From Muribaculaceae bacterium (lineage in GTDB: Bacteria > Bacteroidota > Bacteroidia > Bacteroidales > Muribaculaceae): 45,250 nucleotides of DNA. The notes under the pieces are model-generated. The model searched no databases, was not told the DNA's origin, and worked only from the letters and a program-made list of their open reading frames with translations. Position 1 is the stretch's first letter. Every line of letters starts with the position of its first letter. Positions 1 to 9,208 of this stretch are shown here, piece by piece. Where the stretch lies: positions 1-45,250 of the forward strand of contig CADFRV010000001.1 of the NCBI GenBank assembly GCA_902836725.1, written 5' to 3'. Position numbers and translations under genes: made by a program.

Positions 1-27
1 GGGGGCGCTCCATTGCGGAGCGCCCCC
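1..27 (-). terminator. Rho-independent terminator hairpin of the TBDR/lipoprotein operon
   Basis: Perfect 11-bp stem GGGGGCGCTCC (1-11) / GGAGCGCCCCC (17-27) with a 5-nt loop, 55 nt after the stop at 82. The U-tract would lie outside the window. Confidence 0.75.
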
Positions 28-81
28 TCTATGGGTGGAGCGGCTGATACACTTAGCCGCTAAATGTCGTAGATGCGGGCA

Positions 82-2850
82 TCAGTCCCAGGTGAGGTTC
101 CAGATGGCCACGCGGTCAAGGTTCTTGTCCTGCTCGCTGGGGCAGTTGTTGACGATCTCTATGGTGAAGTCGCCGGTGACGTTTACGTCGATCGACGCGT
201 CATATGCGGTTTTGATCGTCATGTCGGGGGTAAGTGTCTCCTCTTTCACCACCGCTCCGTTCTGTAGCACCTTCACGGTGAACGAGAACTTGGAGGCTGA
301 TGTGCTGTAGGCGGTGCCGTATTTGAACGTGAGGGTCTTTATGCCTCCGGTGAGCTGCGGCGAAGTGAGTTTGCCGGGAGCCGAGGTCTTGCCGTTGAGA
401 CATACAGCCAGGGTAGTGGGGCCGCCGATGAATCCGAAGCGGGGGTTGGCGTCGGCCACGCCTGCTGTCTGGCCTCCCAGGATGATACTGCCTTCGGCTG
501 TCCATCCGGTGGCGTTGGTGTATGTGCCGTAGGGGCTGCTCTTGGGTTCGCCGCCGTTGAAGGTGTCGAAGTCACCCTTGAAGTCGCCTGCGGGGGGAGT
601 TACAGGCTCGTCGCCTCCGCCGGGGGTGTCACCTCCGCCGGGGAAGGTGCTGTCGGGGGTGGCTGTCACTGAGCCGGTGCCGTTGATGGCGAAGTTCTTG
701 ATCTCCCATGATCCGGATACGCCGTCGGTGCTGGTGTAGTGGAAGCCGACTTTGATCTTCTTGCCTGCGTATGCGGCGAGGTCGATGGTGCCGGCGTTTA
801 CGAATGTCCAGTCTGCGTTGGTGGACCAGTTGGGGATGGCGACAGTCTGCCAGTCGCCCCCGTCAACGCTGATGGCGAGCGATACCTGCTGTTTGGCAGT
901 GGCGATGTCGGGGAACTTGTTTGTCACATGGTCGAATGTGAGTGTGGGGTTCTGTGCTGCGGTGAGGTCAAGCAGCGGCGACACGAGCCAGGAGCTGGAT
1001 GCATACGACTGGCCGAGGAAGGCCGACGCCTTCATGTAGCCGTATGATGCGTCGTGGCTCCATACGTAGCTGAGCGAGGGGGAGAGTTCCACGTTGTGGA
1101 TGGTGAAGTCGCCCTGACTTTCCTTGAATGTCTGCGAGAAGAGTGCCTGGCCGGGGGTGGGGGTATCGCCGCCTCCTTCCTGGCCGTCGAGCTTGTATGA
1201 GGTGGTGTTCTTGATGCCCGGGAGTGTGTTGTATTTCATCACGTCGCCGAGGAGTTCCACCTGTTTGCCGAGGTTGCCGGGATTGTCGACGAGGTTGAGG
1301 GCGTTGCGGGCAGGTGTGGATGCCAGGAGCTGCACACACACGGTCTGTGCCTTGTCGGTGGGGTTGAGCACGTCGGAGATGAGTATGTTGGCGCGCTGTG
1401 TGGTCGATGTCTGGAAGTGTGCCTCGTAGTCCTCATAGTAGCCTACGATGTAGCCGCGCACCCACACGCCGCTCTCTACGGCCGCTGTGGTCGACGACGG
1501 GTTCATGGCGATGATCTGGGCGCAGTTGTAGGGACGTGCCTCGGTGCCGTCACCCTTGCCTGAGAGATCCACTCCTTCGAGTTTGAACTCACCTGCTGTG
1601 CCGAGGTTGCCGGTGATGCCGAATGTGCCCATGTACATGTCGGGGGTACCCTGCACTGCGAGCTCCTTGCCGAGGTTGCCGGGATTGTTCTTGAGCGCCA
1701 CGGTGTTGCGCATCACGGAGTTCTGGGGGAGCGGCACGATGAGGCACGACTTGTAGTCGGTGCATTCCGGGAAGGGAGCTATCACTACGGTATTGGCGAG
1801 TGTGGCCTCGGCACCCCATTCGATGTCGGAGCTGGAGGTGATCTCGGTCACTTCGGGCGCCACTGTGCCGACGATGTAGCCTTTGGTCCATCCGTAGGCG
1901 GTGGCGCCTGCGGTGATGTTCTCTATAGCCTGGTCGATGCTCCAGGGGTTCTTCTCGGATCCGGCCGGGATGGTGGGGTTGCCGGCGTTCATCACATCGG
2001 AGTAGTTGACGATGTAGAGCTGCCAGTCGCCGTTGTAATATGACAGGAGTGCCTGCAGGTCAAACGGCTCTGTCGGCATAAGCTCATAGTAGAAGTTGGA
2101 GTAGCCGCTTGTGCGCAGTTTGTAGCCGGTGCCGTCGATCTTCACTACCTGGTCGAAATTCTCGTGGTAGATGCCGAAGGTGTAGACGGGCTTGAAGAGA
2201 CCCTCGTCGTTGAGGTTGCTCTCCTGCGGCTCGGCGGTGACATTGTTGAAGCGCACGAGCTCGCTCTGCCAGCGGATGTTGTCGGCGGCAGGCTCGCTCA
2301 TGTTCTCGAGGGTGCGGATGTTCACCTTGGAGGGTTCGGGAAGACCGTTGAGCTGTGCGAGTGAATAGAAACGCGCGTCGCTCATGTAGGTGGTCTGCTC
2401 GGTGCCTGAGGAGTTCTGTCCTTTGGCACCTACCTGAAACAGGCCCATGTATTTGCCGGCATACAGACCGGTGAGGTCTATCACTATCTCCTGGCCGTAG
2501 CGGTATTTCTGATAGAGGCTGTAGGCGTTGATGGAGAACTGGAGGGCAGCCGTCTCGTCCTGTATGACAAGGCTCTTGTAAATGTTGCCGGCGTAGTCGG
2601 AAGTGATCACGCGGCCCGAGACGATGTAGTGGGATCCGTCTGCCTTGGTGCCTACCTGTGTGGCATAGTTCTCCACCCCGTCCTGCCAGAAGGCTTGTTT
2701 GAATTCGAGGATGGAGGTGTTCGGTGTCAGTTCGGCCTCGGGTACCTTGGCGAGCACGTTGAGGTTGTCGAAGTCGTCCTGGCAGGCGGTGAATCCTCCC
2801 AGGGCTGCTATGGCAGCGAGACCTATTGCGATTGATTTCAGAATTTTCAT
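82..2850 (-). CDS. Multidomain surface lipoprotein (DUF5689 N-terminus, two DUF6359-like repeats, DUF5017/choice-of-anchor-J-like domain, C-terminal beta domain)
   Basis: 922-aa ORF. Lipobox FTAC followed by acidic QDD export signal. DUF5689-type motif GRVITSDYAGNIYKSLVIQDET. Two repeats P(W/Y)xxxQ..W(T/V)xGYIVG..L(K/V)xNPGNLGK. SWLVSP..TFDH..WEIKNF module. Pro/Gly/Thr linkers. Confidence 0.85.
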   Translation of the reverse strand: MKILKSIAIGLAAIAALGGFTACQDDFDNLNVLAKVPEAELTPNTSILEFKQAFWQDGVENYATQVGTKADGSHYIVSGRVITSDYAGNIYKSLVIQDETAALQFSINAYSLYQKYRYGQEIVIDLTGLYAGKYMGLFQVGAKGQNSSGTEQTTYMSDARFYSLAQLNGLPEPSKVNIRTLENMSEPAADNIRWQSELVRFNNVTAEPQESNLNDEGLFKPVYTFGIYHENFDQVVKIDGTGYKLRTSGYSNFYYELMPTEPFDLQALLSYYNGDWQLYIVNYSDVMNAGNPTIPAGSEKNPWSIDQAIENITAGATAYGWTKGYIVGTVAPEVTEITSSSDIEWGAEATLANTVVIAPFPECTDYKSCLIVPLPQNSVMRNTVALKNNPGNLGKELAVQGTPDMYMGTFGITGNLGTAGEFKLEGVDLSGKGDGTEARPYNCAQIIAMNPSSTTAAVESGVWVRGYIVGYYEDYEAHFQTSTTQRANILISDVLNPTDKAQTVCVQLLASTPARNALNLVDNPGNLGKQVELLGDVMKYNTLPGIKNTTSYKLDGQEGGGDTPTPGQALFSQTFKESQGDFTIHNVELSPSLSYVWSHDASYGYMKASAFLGQSYASSSWLVSPLLDLTAAQNPTLTFDHVTNKFPDIATAKQQVSLAISVDGGDWQTVAIPNWSTNADWTFVNAGTIDLAAYAGKKIKVGFHYTSTDGVSGSWEIKNFAINGTGSVTATPDSTFPGGGDTPGGGDEPVTPPAGDFKGDFDTFNGGEPKSSPYGTYTNATGWTAEGSIILGGQTAGVADANPRFGFIGGPTTLAVCLNGKTSAPGKLTSPQLTGGIKTLTFKYGTAYSTSASKFSFTVKVLQNGAVVKEETLTPDMTIKTAYDASIDVNVTGDFTIEIVNNCPSEQDKNLDRVAIWNLTWD

Positions 2851-2882
2851 AACGTTAAGTTCTTCTTTTGGGTAGGATTCTG

Positions 2883-4277
2883 TTATTTGGCGCTACCGGG
2901 GAAGTCGGCTCCGGGTGTGGCGGTGACTGTGCCCTTGCCGTTCACGGCGAAGTTCTTGATCTCCCATGATCCGGAAGCCCCGTCCTCGCTTGTATAGTGG
3001 AAGCCGATCACGATCTTCTTGCCTGCATAGGCCGAGAGGTCGTAGGTGCCGGCGTTTACGAAGTTCCAGTCGGCGTTGGTGGACCATTCCTTGATGGCTA
3101 CTGTCTGCCATGCGCCGCCGTCGACGCTGATGGCCATAGATACCTGTCGCTTGGCGGTCTCGAGGTCGGGGAACTTGTTGGTTACGTGGTCGAAGGTGAA
3201 TGAGGGTTCCTCGGCCTGGGAGAGATCCAGTACCGGCGAAAGGAGCCATGAGCTTGAGGCGTAGGATGCGCCCGACACGAAGCCTGAGGCCACCATGTAG
3301 CCGCGCGACGCGTCATGCTTCCATACATAGGTCATGGGACCTGTCATATCGATGTTGTGGATGGAGAAGCCACCCTGGTTTGTGGCGAAGGACTCCTCAT
3401 AAAGGGCGGGGGGAGCGGGCACCCAGGGGGTGAATGTGTCGCCTATGCCGTTGGCATCGTTGAGGGAGAGCTGCCAGTCGGTGTTGTACACTGCCAGCAC
3501 GCCGGTCACATCGCCTGTGCCGTTGGGGGCGTAGATGTCCCACAGGGTGGAGTAGCCGGAGGTATTGATGGCGAGGCGTCCCTGGCCGCCGGCAGCGGGC
3601 ACCAGATACACGGAGTTGTTGCTCTGGTTCTGTTTGCCGAGCTGTGTGCCGGGGCTCTGGAATTTCACGTCTTTCACTTTTACCAGAAGTCCCTGCCACT
3701 GGAGGCGTGTGGCGGGATCGGAATATATGGTGCGCAGATCGTCGATGGTGACTTCATGCACGGTCACAAGCGCGGGGTCGGGCACGCCGACGGCGGTGAC
3801 ATGCGCGTCCCACATATCCTCGGGCATACGCGCCGGGGCCACTGTGGTGGAGTGTCCCTCACCTTCGGAGCCTACCTGCACGCCGAAGCCATAGTTGCCG
3901 TAGTACATGCCTGTGCAGTCCACGATCACTTCCTGGCCAAGGGGTGTCACTTCATAAAGGCGGCTGTTGTTTACGGAGAATATTATGCCGCCGGTGGCGT
4001 CCTCCACGCATACTTTCTTGAACACGTTGCCAGCGCGTGTGTCGGATGTCACGCGGCCGCGGATTATGTAGTGCTCGCCGTTCTCTTTTGTACCGATGGG
4101 GGTGTTGAAGTAGTTCACATCCTGTGTGAAGGCGTTCTTAAGCTCCTCGATGGTGGTGTTCGCTTCGATTTTTATGTCGCCTGTCTCGTAGTATGGAGGG
4201 CGCTCGAAGTCGTCCTGGCAGGAGGTGAATCCCGCGGCGGCGAGGAGTGCCGCCATATATATTATCGATTTTTTCAT
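2883..4277 (-). CDS. DUF5689-domain surface lipoprotein with C-terminal DUF5017/choice-of-anchor-J-like domain
   Basis: 464-aa ORF. Lipobox FTSC-QDD. IIRGRVTSDTRAGNVFKKVCVEDATGG motif. C-terminal domain paralogous to the module in 82..2850. Confidence 0.85.
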   Translation of the reverse strand: MKKSIIYMAALLAAAGFTSCQDDFERPPYYETGDIKIEANTTIEELKNAFTQDVNYFNTPIGTKENGEHYIIRGRVTSDTRAGNVFKKVCVEDATGGIIFSVNNSRLYEVTPLGQEVIVDCTGMYYGNYGFGVQVGSEGEGHSTTVAPARMPEDMWDAHVTAVGVPDPALVTVHEVTIDDLRTIYSDPATRLQWQGLLVKVKDVKFQSPGTQLGKQNQSNNSVYLVPAAGGQGRLAINTSGYSTLWDIYAPNGTGDVTGVLAVYNTDWQLSLNDANGIGDTFTPWVPAPPALYEESFATNQGGFSIHNIDMTGPMTYVWKHDASRGYMVASGFVSGASYASSSWLLSPVLDLSQAEEPSFTFDHVTNKFPDLETAKRQVSMAISVDGGAWQTVAIKEWSTNADWNFVNAGTYDLSAYAGKKIVIGFHYTSEDGASGSWEIKNFAVNGKGTVTATPGADFPGSAK

Positions 4278-4305
4278 CGTTTCGTCTCTGTTTTAATATG
4301 ACATA

Positions 4306-7095
4306 TCAGAAGCGTACACCTGCGTTGACATATACCTTGATGCCCTGTGCATACATGTACTTGGTGGGGAATGCGTTGGGGTTGTAGTATTTGGTGTCGA
4401 TGCGGAACTGCTCGGTGGCCTGGGTGATGAGGTTGCGGTTGTTGATCACATTGCTTACCGACACGTTGAGGTTGAGGCTCACCTGGCGGTTGAGGTAGAT
4501 CACCTTGCCTACGGATGCGTTCATCACCCAGTTGTTGGGCAGTTTCTCCTGTGCGGTGAACTCGTCTGTGAGGCGGTCAAGCTCGGCGGGGGATCCTGCG
4601 TATGCGGCCAGGCCGTCGATGATCTGGTGGCGCGGGTAGGCCAGGCGCACATAGTAGTCGGCCAGCCATGAGGCGTCCACGTTGAAGAACCACATCTTGG
4701 GGGCGTTGTATGCCAGGGCGATGTTGAAGGCGGTCTGCGGGGTGGATGTGCAGTAGTAGTTGTTGAGGTAGAACTGTGTGGTCTGGTCGGGCTGCAGGCC
4801 GTTCTCCACGGAGCGTGTGCCCATGGGGTTGTTGGCGTAGCGGTAGCGGGAGAAGTTTCCGGCGAAGCTCAGGCGGAGGGCTGATGTGATCTGGTATGCC
4901 ATGCCAAGCTCTATGCCCTTGTACTGGCGGTGTACGCCGTTGAGGGCGAAGTTACAGAAGGCGTTGAGGCTCTCGTCCCAGAAGCCGTAGCGCTCGATGG
5001 CGTTGCTCATGTCGGTGAAGTATGCCGAGATGGAGCCGCGGAAACGGCGGTAGTTCCATGTGTAGCGGAAGTCGGCCGAGAAGACGCGTGTGCTCTGGAT
5101 GTTGTCGACTGTGGTGTCTTTCACGCGGGGTGAGATGTACACGTCGTTGATCACAGGAGCTACGGTGCCGTATTCGGCCTGCAGTGTGAAGTAGTTGCGG
5201 CCGTCAAGCTTGTACGTGGCGCCGGCTTTTACCGAGGCGTCGTCGAAATGCACGGTCTTGGAGTTGCCGAAAGAGTTCAGGGGCGCACGGCCGTTGCGCA
5301 TGTTGCCATGGCGGTAGAACTGCTCGTAGCTCATCTTGATACCGTAGTTCACATCCCATTTGGGGAGGTTGATCTGGTTCTGGAGCCATCCCTGCACCTT
5401 GAGGGCGTGGATGTTGTAGTCCCATCCGATGCGGTCGCCTGTCACGGCGCGGCGGTTGGGGTGGTTGAGGTCGTTCTGCATGATGTCCTGCGATGCCTCG
5501 GGGTTGTAGATCTCGCGCTCCGAGAAGCCGTCCACGTCATACCAGAACTGGCCTCCGAGGAGGTCTTTCACTGTGGCGTAGTCGCTTGTGCGGGTGTAGT
5601 TGAGGTTCACGCCACCCTGCAGGCTCATGTAGTCGTTGAGACGTTGGTTGAGGGTGGATCCGAGGATGAAGTTGAACTGGTTCGAGTGCTCCATCTGCTG
5701 GATGTATGTTGATCCGATCTGCTTGTCGTAGGGGAGCGTCTCGTTCTGCACGTTGTTCAGTTCGTTGGTGAGATAGAAGCCGTCCCAGTCGATCTGGCGG
5801 AAATCCTCGTTGTATTTCCACTGTTCCTCGTAGAAGGCCGCTTTCTCGGGGTTGTAGTTGGAGTTGTCAAGCGGGTTGAGGTAGTAGGAGGGGAGGTTCT
5901 TGTAGTAGTCGGGACGTGTGTCGTTACCCTTGAAGTAGCTCAGGCGTGTGCGTGCGAAGTGCACCCAACGGAAGGCGGCACCGGTGTTGAGGGTGGTCTT
6001 CTCGGTCTTGTAGAGCCAGTTGAGCATCACGGTGGGGTCGAAGTTCTCGCGGATGTTGTCGGAGCGCTTCTTGCCGTCCTGCCATCCCCATGTGGGGTTG
6101 TAGAGGTGGTCGCCGGTGAGGTCGAATATCTCTCCGACCACAGCCTTTCCGTTGGCGTAGCGGCGGGGGTTGCACCATGCGGTCAGCGTGATGGAGTGGT
6201 TGCGGTTGAGCATCTTCTCGGCCGAGAGGAATACACCGCCGGCGTTATAGAAAGTGCCGGGCACCACACCTTCGTCGGCGAATCGGCCGATGGCGCTGAG
6301 GGTGAAGGCGAGGCCGTTTTCCATCATGCCGGTGGAGTATGTGGCCATGGCGCGGTACTTGTAGTTGGAGTTGGTATAGCTGAGCGATCCGTTGAAGCCG
6401 GGCGCATAGGTGTCGGTGATGGTGTTGAAGTTCTGGCTGCCGCCGATGGCTCCGAATCCGTAGGCCGATGCCCCGAGGCCTACTGTGGCGGTGCTGTTGC
6501 GGAAAGCGCGCGAGGTCATGCCAGCGAGCTGCTGGAAGGAGAATCCACCTCTGATGAGGTCGTTCATGGGGAGTGAGTTGATGTATGTCTCCTGCCATGT
6601 GCTCTGGTATCCGCGGTAGTTGGAGTAGAGCGGCGAGTAACCGTAGCGGGTGAACTTGTAGTAGATGTCGTCGTTGGAACCGGTGAGGGCGCCTACAGCC
6701 TGTGAGGCGTCGTTCTCGTCGTCCATCGTGCTCTCGTCGATGAGCTGTTCGGTCTGGTTGTCGATCACAAACTCGTTGTCGGCGAAGTCAGTGAACAGGC
6801 GCAGTGCGCCGGCATCCACGCTCTGGCCGTTGTAAAGGCGGGTCTGTGCGGCGGAGCTGTCATATCCCGGCGCGTTGATGATAAGCACAGCTTCGCCGGG
6901 GCGGGCGTTGCTGATTCGGAAGTCGCCGGCAGGGCCGGCAGTGACTGAAATTCCTTGATCCTGGATGGTGATTACCGCCCCTGGAATGGGGCTGCCGGTA
7001 TCGGCGTCGATCACGCTTCCTGTCACCACGGCTGTCTGCGCCATGGCGGGGAGCACTGCCGATGTCATCAGAGATAGAAAAAGTTTTAATCTCAT
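4306..7095 (-). CDS. TonB-dependent outer-membrane receptor (non-SusC type, carboxypeptidase-regulatory-like N-domain)
   Basis: ORF track gives 4306..7215, but the ATG at 7095 yields a signal peptide (MRLKLFLSLMTSAVLPAMA). It continues VTGSVIDADTGSPIPGA, has an aromatic-rich barrel and ends ...VYVNAGVRF. Confidence 0.85.
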   Translation of the reverse strand: MRLKLFLSLMTSAVLPAMAQTAVVTGSVIDADTGSPIPGAVITIQDQGISVTAGPAGDFRISNARPGEAVLIINAPGYDSSAAQTRLYNGQSVDAGALRLFTDFADNEFVIDNQTEQLIDESTMDDENDASQAVGALTGSNDDIYYKFTRYGYSPLYSNYRGYQSTWQETYINSLPMNDLIRGGFSFQQLAGMTSRAFRNSTATVGLGASAYGFGAIGGSQNFNTITDTYAPGFNGSLSYTNSNYKYRAMATYSTGMMENGLAFTLSAIGRFADEGVVPGTFYNAGGVFLSAEKMLNRNHSITLTAWCNPRRYANGKAVVGEIFDLTGDHLYNPTWGWQDGKKRSDNIRENFDPTVMLNWLYKTEKTTLNTGAAFRWVHFARTRLSYFKGNDTRPDYYKNLPSYYLNPLDNSNYNPEKAAFYEEQWKYNEDFRQIDWDGFYLTNELNNVQNETLPYDKQIGSTYIQQMEHSNQFNFILGSTLNQRLNDYMSLQGGVNLNYTRTSDYATVKDLLGGQFWYDVDGFSEREIYNPEASQDIMQNDLNHPNRRAVTGDRIGWDYNIHALKVQGWLQNQINLPKWDVNYGIKMSYEQFYRHGNMRNGRAPLNSFGNSKTVHFDDASVKAGATYKLDGRNYFTLQAEYGTVAPVINDVYISPRVKDTTVDNIQSTRVFSADFRYTWNYRRFRGSISAYFTDMSNAIERYGFWDESLNAFCNFALNGVHRQYKGIELGMAYQITSALRLSFAGNFSRYRYANNPMGTRSVENGLQPDQTTQFYLNNYYCTSTPQTAFNIALAYNAPKMWFFNVDASWLADYYVRLAYPRHQIIDGLAAYAGSPAELDRLTDEFTAQEKLPNNWVMNASVGKVIYLNRQVSLNLNVSVSNVINNRNLITQATEQFRIDTKYYNPNAFPTKYMYAQGIKVYVNAGVRF

Positions 7096-7248
7096 GGAAT
7101 CGAATGTAAAATATGATGTTTTAGTTGTTGCTATGTTGCTCTTGTACACGTGCCGGATGTATGGTTGAAAAAAGATGTTAACCGCACTATTGCGCTGGCA
7201 CACAGTGCGATGCATCGGCTGTCATGCGGAATGAAGCTATTTAGCTTC

Positions 7249-7256
7249 CAAAGATA
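7249..7256 (-). promoter_or_regulatory. Bacteroidetes sigma-A -7 element (TATCTTTG) for the TBDR operon
   Basis: CAAAGATA on + matches TAnnTTTG on -, about 155 nt upstream of ATG 7095 and downstream of the 7333-7366 terminator. Confidence 0.6.
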
Positions 7257-7332
7257 CGAAAAAAGGTTTAAAAAATGTATCTGTGCCGTATGTGTTTTTA
7301 AGCATGCGTTTACCCCTCTCAAAAGCACAGAA

Positions 7333-7366
7333 AGGCGATGTGCCGGTCTGGTGCGGCACATCGCCT
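7333..7366 (-). terminator. Terminator hairpin after the GH123-like gene
   Basis: 13-bp perfect stem AGGCGATGTGCCG / CGGCACATCGCCT with an 8-nt loop, followed on - by TTCTGTGCTTTT. Confidence 0.75.
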
Positions 7367-7394
7367 GTGATTTCAGGTCATGGGGAGGGGGATA

Positions 7395-9155
7395 TCAGCG
7401 GCGGCTGAGGCTGTCGATGTTGCGCTCCAGATCGTTGACCACTGTGGATGTGGGGTAGTAGGGGCGCATTACGCCGGTGCGTATCGGAAGCAAGGCGGCT
7501 TCGAGGGCCAGAAGGCCGTCGACATCCTTTTTGTCGGCAAACTCCTTGCGGAGGAGCCTTATCTTTTCGCTGAGCTGTATGCCCTCGAGCATCCTTTCAT
7601 AGCGGATGGAGCTGCGTCCGTCGGGGTATACGAAGAATGTGTCGCCCGGGGGAAGGCGCTGGAAACGGCTGTCTGTCATGGGGGTGTTGTTCCAGTTGCT
7701 GTACGACCAGTGCAGATAGCCGTCGAATCCGGCTGCCGTGGCGTAGGCCGGGATGTATGCTCCGTATGAGGGCTGTGCGTTGATGAACTGGTTGGGTACC
7801 GGCGGGACGCAGCAGGTGTACACGAGCGACTTGTAACCGTTGCCGGCGCGCATGGCCAGATCGGAGGCGGGGAAGAAGTCCTCTTTCAGGATGGTGTATA
7901 CGTCGAGTTTGTCAACGAGTTCCTTGTGGTAGTTGCCCGCGAGCGACATGCGTATGCCAGGTACGGCGTCCTGGGCGACCTTGTAGGCGCGGAGCATGTC
8001 TTCCACACCTCTTTCGTCCATACCGATCATCAGCCGGTCATACCATCCTTTCTCCTTGAAATGCTTTGCGAGCGACTGGAGGAAGGGGGTCCACAGCTGT
8101 GCGTATTCGGGAGCGTCGGTGGTGGTCTTGAGGATCTTGTATTCGCCGGTGGGCTCGTCGAGATAGCGGAATTCCATCTGCCACGGTATCATGGTGAAGC
8201 ATTCTATATCGCCTGTGATGCCGTTCTTGTCCATGAATTCCACATAGCGGTCAAGGATGGTGTAGTCGTAGGAGTAAGTGCCGTCGGCGTGGCGCACTGT
8301 CTCCACCATGGGCTGGAACTTGTCGTTGCTCTGTTCGCCCCAGGGTTCGTAGAAAAGGATCACACTGGTCACTTTCTGCCCGGCGCGGGCAAGCATGCGT
8401 GCATACGGCTCATATAGTTTGAGATGTTCGTCGCTCCAGGGCTTCACGCCGTAGTAGCGGGAGATGGCATAGGGCTGCTGCCACAGGTCGAGGTAGAATG
8501 CATAATCCTCCGGCTTGGGGAGTGTGCGGTCGCATACATCGATGTTCAGGATTATGGATTTCAGTGCCTTGCCTGTTTTGGCGTCCTTCAGTAGCAGGTC
8601 GGCAGTGTAGATGCCGGGATCGAATTCCCTCGGTATCTCCACCGAGCACCATACGGGGCGCACGGTGCGTGCCGGGATGTTTATAACTGATCCCGCGTTA
8701 TCTATCATGTCGGGAAAGGAGGAAACGTTTTTGTCGGGATCATCGCACCAGCATTTCCGGCAGTCGTTGCCGATGACGTAGCGCATCCAGGCGGCATAGG
8801 TGTCGGGAAGGTTGAACGTTTTCCCCCCTTTGCGCAGGCCGGTGAGTTCCACTTTCACTTCGCCCACAGCTTTCGGTGCGATCACAAGAGCCTCAGCGCC
8901 CACACGCTCGCCCCGCCATGCTTTCACGGTCAGGTCTCTAATGATGTCCTGTGCCACAGGGGCTGTAGATCTGTAAACGGAGTCTTTCGACGCCCATGTG
9001 AGTTCGGCCGATTTTCTGTATTGCGATGAATACCACAGTGTTTCGTCGGCAGGGGTGATGGTGTCAAGCGGCTCGGCATATTTCGTGTCGGCAGCAGCAT
9101 GGGTGTTGTAAATAGTACATGCGGCGAGTGCTGTCAGTAATAATTTTAATTTCAT
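7395..9155 (-). CDS. GH123-like / DUF4091-domain secreted glycoside hydrolase (putative beta-N-acetylgalactosaminidase)
   Basis: 586 aa with signal peptide. Motifs AWRGER, LDLWQQP, MDER (adjacent Asp-Glu pair), YTCC, GYLHW, PGDTFFVYP..SSIRYE..EGIQ. Confidence 0.75.
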   Translation of the reverse strand: MKLKLLLTALAACTIYNTHAAADTKYAEPLDTITPADETLWYSSQYRKSAELTWASKDSVYRSTAPVAQDIIRDLTVKAWRGERVGAEALVIAPKAVGEVKVELTGLRKGGKTFNLPDTYAAWMRYVIGNDCRKCWCDDPDKNVSSFPDMIDNAGSVINIPARTVRPVWCSVEIPREFDPGIYTADLLLKDAKTGKALKSIILNIDVCDRTLPKPEDYAFYLDLWQQPYAISRYYGVKPWSDEHLKLYEPYARMLARAGQKVTSVILFYEPWGEQSNDKFQPMVETVRHADGTYSYDYTILDRYVEFMDKNGITGDIECFTMIPWQMEFRYLDEPTGEYKILKTTTDAPEYAQLWTPFLQSLAKHFKEKGWYDRLMIGMDERGVEDMLRAYKVAQDAVPGIRMSLAGNYHKELVDKLDVYTILKEDFFPASDLAMRAGNGYKSLVYTCCVPPVPNQFINAQPSYGAYIPAYATAAGFDGYLHWSYSNWNNTPMTDSRFQRLPPGDTFFVYPDGRSSIRYERMLEGIQLSEKIRLLRKEFADKKDVDGLLALEAALLPIRTGVMRPYYPTSTVVNDLERNIDSLSRR

Positions 9156-9208
9156 GGTTAAAGATTATGTCAGAATATGTTGCTGTCAGCAGAGGGGGTA
9201 TCCGTCGT

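Noticed and set aside
3315..4301. 328-aa plus-strand ORF and similar long antisense ORFs (11807-12724, 14967-15764, 23085-23999, 30469-31152)
   Set aside because: They are shadows of well-supported genes on the opposite strand, expected with GC-rich third codon positions, and carry no recognisable motifs.
7096..7215. N-terminal 40 aa of the 969-aa ORF call
   Set aside because: The signal peptide begins at ATG 7095, so the upstream part is likely 5' UTR.
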